Both the position numbers and the translations under genes were made by a program. Positions 17,892 to 25,285 of a DNA stretch of 32,000 nucleotides are shown here, piece by piece. The notes under the pieces are model-generated. The model did no database searches and was not told the origin of the DNA. It was given only the letters and a program-made list of their open reading frames with translations. Source of the DNA: Acaryochloris marina MBIC11017 (GTDB lineage Bacteria; Cyanobacteriota; Cyanobacteriia; Thermosynechococcales; Thermosynechococcaceae); assembly GCF_000018105.1 (NCBI RefSeq), contig NC_009925.1:930001-962000 (forward strand). Reading direction: 5' to 3'. Numbering within the stretch: position 1 is the first letter of the stretch; every line of letters begins with the position of its first letter.

Positions 17892-18443
17892 TTGATGCCA
17901 GTATTTCTCGTTACCCTTGGAGTCTGGTACTTTATTTCGGGAAGTAGCTTAAACCATTGGAACAGCAATCAATGTTCTCCCATTATTGATAGCAGCCCCT
18001 CCGCCACTGGATTTAGACTACAAGGACGAGAATTTGGCTGCACGTTTGATGAACAGAACTATCGAACATCGATTCAGAAATGGCTGAGTCAGCGTCCTGA
18101 GGATGCCGCACCGCTTGAGGGAATGTACCTGGGCAGTATGGAAGATTATCCATGGATTTCAACGTATCTGGCAAAGGCAGCCCTTCAGAGTCAAGAGTGG
18201 GATCTGAAGAGGGGCACTAGTCATGACGGTCATCCCTACCGTCTGATTGAATCTTTACTCATCGATGAAGCATTCAGGCATCGCCTGGATGCACCTTTTG
18301 CTGATACGCCTTACACCGTGCATCGTGTTTCTGTTGAGAAGGTGAGGATTGACGATGCCAGTCAGGTGCTTGACGAATATGAACCGGGCCAGGGCAAAAT
18401 TCCTTTTGATGCTCTATTGTGGGTTGAATTTGCAGAGCGCTAG
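17892..18443 (+). CDS. hypothetical protein with an N-terminal membrane anchor
   Basis: 183-aa ORF; TTG at 17892 and ATG at 17895. One N-terminal hydrophobic helix (PVFLVTLGVWYFISG). No family recognised. Confidence 0.45.
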   Translation: MMPVFLVTLGVWYFISGSSLNHWNSNQCSPIIDSSPSATGFRLQGREFGCTFDEQNYRTSIQKWLSQRPEDAAPLEGMYLGSMEDYPWISTYLAKAALQSQEWDLKRGTSHDGHPYRLIESLLIDEAFRHRLDAPFADTPYTVHRVSVEKVRIDDASQVLDEYEPGQGKIPFDALLWVEFAER

Positions 18444-18659
18444 CCAGAAGAGTCAACTGCAACGGATTAGATTTTTATGGCAGCAGGCTAAAGCACAAGA
18501 GGCTTCTAATCCTACATCAGTAGAACAAAATTATTGAATTGGAACAGCGCCAAAAAGCACAAAGGATAGCCTGTTAGCAGCACCTGAAGGTCAAATCTCG
18601 CCTCGTTTTAATCACACGAATCAAGCACGGGAGTGCCACCGATGGCGCTGTAAGATGAA

Positions 18660-20063
18660 GTGGATCAGCGCTGGAACTCAAGCATGGTAGAGACTCAGTC
18701 CGCGAACGCTTCACCATCTCCTGAAGGCAGAAAAGTTGTGATTGTGGGGGGTGGGCCAACCGGCACACTGGCTGCTTTGTATTTAGCCCAGATGGGTTGG
18801 CAAGTTTTTGTTTACGAGCGGCGCAGTGCTGATTTTAGAGTATCTAGCAATCGACGGTCCTTTAATATTATTCTGAGCCGTCGGGGACAAAAAGCTCTGA
18901 AGGACATTGGCGTAGAGCTACCGCCGGAAAAACAGGTCTTTCTCCAAGGAAATGTTCGACATACTGCCAAAGGGGCAAATCTCGGTAAAGGGTTTCAGGA
19001 TGCCGTGTCAGTCGATCGCACTACCCTGGCTCAGTGTCTTATTGAGGAGGGGCAGCATCGTTTTCCAGAAAACATTCAATACCACTTTGAGCAAACCTTG
19101 CTGCAGGTCAATTTTCAGGATAAGACAGCGTTGTTTCAAGGCAAACAAGATCAAAATCAGCAAACCTTTGACTTATTAATTGGTGCAGATGGTGTCTACA
19201 GTACCGTCAGGACTTCAATGGAATCGCAGATTCAGGGATTCGAAGTCCAGCAAAACCAAGACAATATGATGTACAAAATCTGTGATTTAGGGTTTGCGAA
19301 AAATCTACCCGGCGCAGAGGAAAAGTGGGCAGAGAGTTTTCATACCTGGCCGAATGCCCAACCCCTGACGTTACTCGCTCCCCCTAGTACCGATGGCTCT
19401 CTCAAAGGGGTATTGATCTTGCCTCAAGTGGGAGACATCACTTATGAGACCCTGCAATCAGAAGCAGATATATTGGCCTTATTTCAAGAGAAGTTTCCTG
19501 ATGTTTTCCCAAATCTAGAGCAAACGGGTTTACCGTCACAGTTTGCCCAAGATTTATTGTCACAAAAGGCGGCCCACGGAGGAATCACCACCCAGTGCAA
19601 TCAATTTGAAGGTGGTGACTGCGTGGTTCTGTTAGGAGATGCGGCCCACTCGGTGTGGCCCTCCTTGGGGCAAGGGTGTAATGTCGCCCTGGAAAGCTGC
19701 CGCATTTTTGCCGAGATTCTGGCCCAAACCAAAGGAGATTTATCCCTCGCGTTACCCGCCTATACCGAAGCCCGAAAGCCTGATACGGATGCAGTGGCTC
19801 AGCTATCAGAAATTGGCTTTGGAGGGAATAAACGAGCAAGTAGTCTCCTGTTTATCAGCAAAGTAGTGATCCTGATGTTTCTGCATAAATTACTCCCCAG
19901 ATGGTTTCAAAAATATGCTCTCTTCCAACTTGGAGATGCTGACGTTCCTTATTCCAACATATGGCAGCAAGTTCAGCGTCAAAATAACCAATTGCGCCTT
20001 GTATTAACGACACTAATCGGTAGTATTCCTGTGATCTGGTTAGTGCTTTTGAGAATCGCCTAA
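18660..20063 (+). CDS. class A FAD-dependent monooxygenase (kynurenine-3-monooxygenase-like) with C-terminal membrane anchors
   Basis: 467-aa ORF; the probable ATG is at 18684. Motifs are GxGxxG (VVIVGGGPTGTLAALYL), DG (LIGADGVYSTVR) and GD (VVLLGDAAHSVWPSLGQGCNVALESC). There are two C-terminal hydrophobic helices (LLFISKVVILMFL and LVLTTLIGSIPVIWLVLLRIA). Confidence 0.8.
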   Translation: MDQRWNSSMVETQSANASPSPEGRKVVIVGGGPTGTLAALYLAQMGWQVFVYERRSADFRVSSNRRSFNIILSRRGQKALKDIGVELPPEKQVFLQGNVRHTAKGANLGKGFQDAVSVDRTTLAQCLIEEGQHRFPENIQYHFEQTLLQVNFQDKTALFQGKQDQNQQTFDLLIGADGVYSTVRTSMESQIQGFEVQQNQDNMMYKICDLGFAKNLPGAEEKWAESFHTWPNAQPLTLLAPPSTDGSLKGVLILPQVGDITYETLQSEADILALFQEKFPDVFPNLEQTGLPSQFAQDLLSQKAAHGGITTQCNQFEGGDCVVLLGDAAHSVWPSLGQGCNVALESCRIFAEILAQTKGDLSLALPAYTEARKPDTDAVAQLSEIGFGGNKRASSLLFISKVVILMFLHKLLPRWFQKYALFQLGDADVPYSNIWQQVQRQNNQLRLVLTTLIGSIPVIWLVLLRIA

Positions 20064-20785
20064 GCTGCAATGCTAGGAGATGGGTTAGAGATGCCCTCTT
20101 CTGTCTGTGGTAGGGGCGCTAAACGTCCATCTTCCATGTAGATAATCCGATCGGCAATGTCCAAAATTCGGTTGTCGTGGGTAACCAAAAGAATGGTGCA
20201 GCCCTGTTCTCGGGCAAGTTTCTGCATAATCTCGACCACGTCTCGCCCAGACTTTTTATCCAAAGCGGCAGTCGGTTCATCTGCCAAGATAATTTTGGGA
20301 TGACTCGCCAAAGCTCGGGCAATGGCGACGCGCTGACGTTGTCCCCCAGAGAGTTCGTCGGGATAGTAGTGGATGCGTTCTTCTAGGCCGACTGCGCTGA
20401 GGATGTTGGCTGCGATCGCATCCAGGTCTTGCTCCAAAAAAGCGTCATGTAGTTCCAGGGACATACGCACATTTTGCTGGGCCGTTAGAAAGCTCATCAG
20501 ATTGTGGGCCTGAAAAATATAGCCAATATGACAGCGGAGTTGACTGAGCTGCTGCTTCGAGGCTCCCAGCATTTCCTGGTCAAGAATCTTAAGGCTTCCG
20601 CTTTGGGCTGCCCTTAAGCCTCCCAGTAATGTAAGCAGCGTCGTCTTCCCAGATCCTGAAGGCCCCGTGAGAATTACAATTTCACCCGCCTCAATCTCCA
20701 AATTAATATCGAATAAGACCTGCTTCTGGAGCTGGCCTTCGCCAAAGGCATGGTTGAGTTGGTGGGCAATAATGACGTTAGACAT
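20060..20785 (-). CDS. devA: DevA-family ABC transporter ATP-binding protein (locus 1)
   Basis: Walker A GPSGSGKTT, signature LSGGQRQRVAIARAL, Walker B ILADEPTAALD, H-loop LLVTHD. I prefer the ATG at 20785 (MSNVIIAHQL), which has GGAG 8 nt upstream. The track ORF extends to 20833. Confidence 0.9.
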   Translation of the reverse strand: MSNVIIAHQLNHAFGEGQLQKQVLFDINLEIEAGEIVILTGPSGSGKTTLLTLLGGLRAAQSGSLKILDQEMLGASKQQLSQLRCHIGYIFQAHNLMSFLTAQQNVRMSLELHDAFLEQDLDAIAANILSAVGLEERIHYYPDELSGGQRQRVAIARALASHPKIILADEPTAALDKKSGRDVVEIMQKLAREQGCTILLVTHDNRILDIADRIIYMEDGRLAPLPQTEEGISNPSPSIAA

Positions 20786-20808
20786 AGGAATCACTCCAGA
20801 ACAAAAGG

Positions 20809-21519
20809 CTATAAGGTTTCGCCCAGCAACCACTCAAAGCCCGCGGTGAATTGGGCTTTACCATCAGTTTCGACGATACTGCCATGGGCCGTAATGACCC
20901 GATCAAAATCCCATGCCAACACCTGACGAACGGAGGCTTTCACCTGGGCCTTATCGCGACTGCCCAATTTTTCGAAGTAGGATGGCTTCAAGACCTTGTA
21001 AGAGCCCATAACTCGTGCTGCCAACTGGGTAACCCAGGGAAACGTTTCGTCAAAATGAAACGAGGTATCCGTGAGAATCAAGCTTCGACTGGGCCGATGC
21101 CAAAAGACCGTTTCATGGGCGAGACAAATGCCTCGGGGTAAAAGGGCTCCGAATCCCTTGAAGGGGAGGTATTCTAATTCTTCTCCAAAGGTTCCAGCTT
21201 TGTTGAGTAAGCTATCCAGCTTTAGATCGGGACGTTTATCGGCCAACCCTTCGACGCCCCAAGTAGTGGCATCGGGATAGAGAGCCTGAGCTTGGCTCAA
21301 ATACAGGTGATGGAATTGATTGGGGGCAATTAGATGATTAACGGTACCCAAGCTATTCAGGCTGGAGCAGTCCGTGGCCTGCATTTGAATCGGGGAAATC
21401 AGAATCAGTTCTCCTGGGCTCAGGCGGACAGCAACCATACGGGTACCGACTTCTAACCCCAGATAGCTAAAGGGTTGGGTGGCAGTCCAAAGATTTTCGG
21501 CAACAGGAATCAGGTTCAT
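20809..21519 (-). CDS. DUF4336-like (metallo-beta-lactamase-fold-like) protein inserted between devC and devA
   Basis: About 236 aa from the ATG at 21519 (MNLIPVAENLWTATQPFSYLGLEVGTRMVAVRLSPGELILISPI...VNHLIAPNQFHHLYL...). From memory this pattern matches DUF4336. It lies 25 nt after the devC stop and 23 nt before the devA start. Confidence 0.6.
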   Translation of the reverse strand: MNLIPVAENLWTATQPFSYLGLEVGTRMVAVRLSPGELILISPIQMQATDCSSLNSLGTVNHLIAPNQFHHLYLSQAQALYPDATTWGVEGLADKRPDLKLDSLLNKAGTFGEELEYLPFKGFGALLPRGICLAHETVFWHRPSRSLILTDTSFHFDETFPWVTQLAARVMGSYKVLKPSYFEKLGSRDKAQVKASVRQVLAWDFDRVITAHGSIVETDGKAQFTAGFEWLLGETL

Positions 21520-21544
21520 AGTCAGGATAGATAGTGACAGCGAA

Positions 21545-22738
21545 TTAGAATATGTCGGCTGGATCGGCAGATCGGAGTTTGCGCATGGCAATGGCCCCCG
21601 ACATCGAGCACATCAGAATGGTCATGATTAAGACGGTGGTTGCCCGTTGCGCGGTCATGGAAATGGGGAGCATGGTGGCTGCGAAGGCCAGCTGATACAG
21701 TCCTAAAGCTAATCCCACACTGGGTAAATATCCGAGAACAGCCAGAAGGAGGGCTTCTTGAATCAACATCCCCAACAGATAGTTGTCCGTGTAGCCCATG
21801 GCTTTCAAGGTGGCATATTCAGGCAAATGCTCAGACACATCAGAATAGAGAATCTGATAGACAATAACGATGCCAACAATAAAGCCCACCCCCACCCCGA
21901 GGCCAAAAATAAAGCCAATTCCGGTGCCGTTGGCCCAGTAGTCCCGTTCAATCTGGGCAAAGTCTTCGGTGGTGCCGACTAAAACATCGTCGGGTAGCAG
22001 AGCCTCTAGATCGGCCTTGACCTGTGCCAGGTTGGCCCCCGGCTGCAGCTGAATCAGCCCCACTTCAATCTGCTCTGGACTCCGGTTCGGAAACAGCTGC
22101 AGAAAGGTGGAGTCACTGGCAATTACATTGCCATCGGCAGCAAAGGACGCCCCGTTGGTGAATACCCCGTCCACTTGAATCAGCTTGTTATTCAGTTCGG
22201 CAGCGAAATGCCCCTTTTGCTCAAACGCAGTGGTGGTAAATCCATATTCTGGCCGTCCGGCCTGGTCAAATAAGACGCGATGCAGAGGCTGAATTTTATC
22301 CTGATTGTTCGTGACTTCCGGGAACTTAAAGGACGGCTCAGCCGGGTCAATGCCCCAGACTAAAATGGCCCGCTCTCGTTTGGTCTCAGGATTTTTCCAC
22401 TGTCCGGTGGCAATATAAACCCCATTCACGGACTTGACCTGGGGATGGGCCAGGGTCTGATACAGCCGGGCACGGGGAAAGGCTTTGACAGAGAACAAAG
22501 TCTGCATTTGGGGATTGGTTAAAACCAGATCTGCCTGCAGATTGCGGTGGGGCTGGACGGCGGCATCGAATAAAGCCCCCTCAAAGCCCATCTGGATAAA
22601 AATCAGCATATCAGCGAAGGCAATGCCTGCGATCGCAACCAGTAACCGTGTGCGCTCCCGCGTCACCTGGTGCCAGGCTAAAGGGGTTCTCTTCAGAAAT
22701 TTAGGCCGTTTTCGCCTTATCCAACTGTTCATGGCCAC
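21545..22738 (-). CDS. devC: DevC-family ABC exporter permease (FtsX/MacB-like), locus 1
   Basis: 397-aa ORF with an N-terminal TM, a large periplasmic domain and a C-terminal FtsX-type 3-TM bundle (GFIFGLGVGVGFIVGIVIVYQILYSDV...KAMGY...RKLRSADPADIF). Confidence 0.9.
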   Translation of the reverse strand: MAMNSWIRRKRPKFLKRTPLAWHQVTRERTRLLVAIAGIAFADMLIFIQMGFEGALFDAAVQPHRNLQADLVLTNPQMQTLFSVKAFPRARLYQTLAHPQVKSVNGVYIATGQWKNPETKRERAILVWGIDPAEPSFKFPEVTNNQDKIQPLHRVLFDQAGRPEYGFTTTAFEQKGHFAAELNNKLIQVDGVFTNGASFAADGNVIASDSTFLQLFPNRSPEQIEVGLIQLQPGANLAQVKADLEALLPDDVLVGTTEDFAQIERDYWANGTGIGFIFGLGVGVGFIVGIVIVYQILYSDVSEHLPEYATLKAMGYTDNYLLGMLIQEALLLAVLGYLPSVGLALGLYQLAFAATMLPISMTAQRATTVLIMTILMCSMSGAIAMRKLRSADPADIF

Positions 22739-22753
22739 TTTTCAAAATCAAAC

Positions 22754-22766
22754 GTTCGTTATAAAA
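22754..22766. promoter_or_regulatory. 13-nt copy of the tetR-operator arm in the devB-devC spacer
   Basis: gttcgttataaaa at 22754..22766 is identical to 24686..24698. It lies in the 37-nt gap between the devB stop (22776) and the devC start (22738). Confidence 0.45.
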
Positions 22767-22775
22767 AATGCCAAA

Positions 22776-24077
22776 TCAAGAGTCATCGGAAATTTGGATC
22801 ACCGTTTGCACCTGCAAATTGCTCAGATTGGCAACTTGTTGACTGTCTTTTGGATCAAGGGCAATCTTGACCTCGACCACGCGACGATCCAGATTTTCGC
22901 CAGGGTCGCCACTAAAGACCTGCTGGCGACTAATCTGACGGCCTAGCTCAATCACTTTGCCGCGCAGTTCGCCAGGAAAGCCTTGGCCTCGAATCGTGGC
23001 GGCTTGTCCCACCTGAACCCGGTGAATATCACTTTGGTAGACTTCTGCCACCACCAACATCTGCTCAGTTTGTCCCAAGGCGACAATGCCATCACTGCTC
23101 ATCTGTTCACCGGGTCGGGTGTAGATTTTGAGAATCTGTCCATCACTCGGGGCTTTAATGGTGGCTCGATCCAGATTTTTCTGGGCCTTAGTGAGGGCGA
23201 CCCGAGCCGCTTCCACCTCTGCTTGAGCCATTTGAATATCCACGGACCGGACTTCTGCCACTTCTGCCAGTCGAGATTGGGCCGTTGCCACCTGAGCTTG
23301 CCCGGTAGTTTCCAGCCGACCCAACTCTGCCTGGGCTTCCCGGAGGCGGCGCTGGGCAATCCCGTCGGTACGGGAAAGTTCTGCAGTGGCCTGCTTCAAG
23401 GCTTGACGGGTGGTATCCACACTGAGCTGCTTGCTATCGAACAAGGACGCAGAAACGGCTCCCGCTTGATAGAGGGATTGATAACGGGCCAGTTCTTTTT
23501 GGGCTGTGCGTAGTTCAGCCTGAAGTCGTTGAACAGCTGCGGTTTGGGCACTGCGATCGCCCTCGTATTGGGCTTCCAATCGGGCAATGGTTTGCCGCTG
23601 AATTCGCAATTGCCCGGTTAACTCAGCAGACTCTTGGGAGACGGTTGCTCGTTGGGCATTAATAGCGCCCGGTTTAGCCCCTGCCTGTACCTGGGCCAGC
23701 TTGACCTGAGCAACGCGGAGCTGGGCCTGAGCTTGGGCCACCTCATCTAACAAGCGATCGCGGGAATCCAATACAGCAATCGGGTCACCTGCCTGGACGG
23801 TATCTCCCAGTTTGACCTTGAGTGTGGAGAGGCGATCGCCGTCCAGGGTCAAAGGAGCGGCAACTTTGACAATCTCACCCGTGGGTTCGAGTCGGCCTAA
23901 AGCGGCAATATTTGGTAGGGTTGTGGGTTGTACATCACTGGATTCTGCAGAGCGGGGGGTCTGCCAGCCACTTTGAGCCAGACCGACTAGGACAATGCCG
24001 CCACTGGCTGCGATAGCAGCAATTAACGTACCGATTAACCAGGGTTTGGGTTTAACTTTGAGGGGACAACTGTTCAT
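22776..24077 (-). CDS. devB: DevB-family membrane fusion protein (HlyD-like periplasmic adaptor), locus 1
   Basis: 433-aa ORF with an N-terminal TM (WLIGTLIAAIAASGGIVLVGL), the GRLEP.GE motif, a long Ala/Gln-rich coiled coil and a C-terminal beta-barrel. It sits adjacent to devC. Confidence 0.9.
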   Translation of the reverse strand: MNSCPLKVKPKPWLIGTLIAAIAASGGIVLVGLAQSGWQTPRSAESSDVQPTTLPNIAALGRLEPTGEIVKVAAPLTLDGDRLSTLKVKLGDTVQAGDPIAVLDSRDRLLDEVAQAQAQLRVAQVKLAQVQAGAKPGAINAQRATVSQESAELTGQLRIQRQTIARLEAQYEGDRSAQTAAVQRLQAELRTAQKELARYQSLYQAGAVSASLFDSKQLSVDTTRQALKQATAELSRTDGIAQRRLREAQAELGRLETTGQAQVATAQSRLAEVAEVRSVDIQMAQAEVEAARVALTKAQKNLDRATIKAPSDGQILKIYTRPGEQMSSDGIVALGQTEQMLVVAEVYQSDIHRVQVGQAATIRGQGFPGELRGKVIELGRQISRQQVFSGDPGENLDRRVVEVKIALDPKDSQQVANLSNLQVQTVIQISDDS

Positions 24078-24651
24078 GGCTACAGACCATTTGAATCATA
24101 AGTTGGCTTTGGTGATGGAACCAGTCCATATCTTCAATGCCTCGGTTATAGACACATTGAATAATCAGACCGTCAATAAAAATCATCAAGAAGTCGGCTA
24201 ACTCCGTATTCGGGAGCTGTAAGTAATCCACTGTTGCATCACGAGTCCCATCCCAGATCTGGCGGAGGAACTGCAGTTCCTCATCACTCCCCGTTCGATT
24301 TTGCTGAAAGAAGTCGACCCACAGCAGCATCTGTTGCTGATAGAACTGAAGGCTTTTCAATACGAAAGCCATTACTACCTGTAGACGCGCCTCCAAAGTT
24401 TCTACCTCAGGGGCTTGGGCAAAGAACCGGGAGATATCTTGTTCACACAGCTCTTGAACCAGCTGCATAAAGATCGCTTCCTTGCTGTCAAAGTAGTGGT
24501 AGAGCGTTCCGGTTGAAACCTTGAGCCCTTCAGCAATCTGCCGCATAGTGATTGAACCGTAGCCCTTTTGAGCAAAAAGTTCAACGCAGCCATTTAGCAA
24601 CTCTTTTCGATACTGTTCTCGATCAACAACCTTAGGCATGGGCGAGAGCAC
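24052..24651 (-). CDS. TetR-family transcriptional regulator
   Basis: 199-aa ORF with the N-terminal TetR HTH (FAQKGYGSITMRQIAEGLKVSTGTLYHYFDSKEAIF). Its 3' end overlaps the devB start by 26 nt. Confidence 0.9.
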   Translation of the reverse strand: MLSPMPKVVDREQYRKELLNGCVELFAQKGYGSITMRQIAEGLKVSTGTLYHYFDSKEAIFMQLVQELCEQDISRFFAQAPEVETLEARLQVVMAFVLKSLQFYQQQMLLWVDFFQQNRTGSDEELQFLRQIWDGTRDATVDYLQLPNTELADFLMIFIDGLIIQCVYNRGIEDMDWFHHQSQLMIQMVCSHEQLSPQS

Positions 24652-24672
24652 CAGTATTGGATGGATTATTTA

Positions 24673-24698
24673 TTTTATAACATATGTTCGTTATAAAA
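24673..24698. promoter_or_regulatory. palindromic candidate TetR operator overlapping AT-rich -10-like sequence
   Basis: TTTTATAAC-N8-GTTATAAAA has perfect 9-bp arms. It lies 22-47 nt upstream of the tetR start codon (24651). Confidence 0.5.
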
Positions 24699-24801
24699 TG
24701 TAAGGGGGCTCTTGAAGCTGTAATCAAAGGACTACCTGAAGTATGACAACCCAAAACCGATGACTCTTTTTTAGCGAGGCATAGACAGAACATTCCCCCC
24801 T

Positions 24802-25203
24802 CTAACGACGATATTGCTGGCCTTTACTAAAAACCCCTAATAAGAGGCCAACAATCGTAATTTGGTGGAAAGGACCTAAAAAGAGTCCCGGAATCGGAAG
24901 GGATGCTCTTAGAGCTAGAGCGATCAATAAACAAAGTACCAATCCCCATAGGGTAGATACCTGAATTCGTCGCCTAGGTTCCATTACCCGTTCCAAAATA
25001 ATGACGCCCAGGATACCGATCGCCATATCGATTGCAGCCGAAGAGAGTAATCCCCAAGGGGGACCCAATACTGATTCAATCTGCACTTGGGAAGATGCCG
25101 GTAAGATAAGGGTCAATCCATAGTCAATTCCAGAAGCTAAGACAAGGGTAATCACAGAGGCATTGATCAGTTGTAGCCACGGTAATACCTTGAATTGGTA
25201 CAT
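24802..25203 (-). CDS. small integral membrane protein (4 TM)
   Basis: 133-aa ORF that is almost entirely hydrophobic helices. No family recognised. Confidence 0.55.
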   Translation of the reverse strand: MYQFKVLPWLQLINASVITLVLASGIDYGLTLILPASSQVQIESVLGPPWGLLSSAAIDMAIGILGVIILERVMEPRRRIQVSTLWGLVLCLLIALALRASLPIPGLFLGPFHQITIVGLLLGVFSKGQQYRR

Positions 25204-25285
25204 GCTGTCGCTCGAAAAGAATTGCGTTCCAATTCTACCGAAGCTCTGGTCCCAACAGAATGATTAGAACGCTGCATGAGCAAGA

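Noticed and set aside
20786-20833. N-terminal extension of devA (MVAGRNLIAFCSGVIP) overlapping the DUF4336-like gene
   Set aside because: The internal ATG at 20785 has a GGAG at proper spacing and matches the start of the paralog (MKDPVISI...). The extension would overlap the upstream gene.
22485-23513. Plus-strand ORFs (153 aa and 176 aa) antisense to devC and devB
   Set aside because: They are typical shadow ORFs opposite GC-rich, Ala/Gln-rich coding sequence. They lack a start context or motifs.
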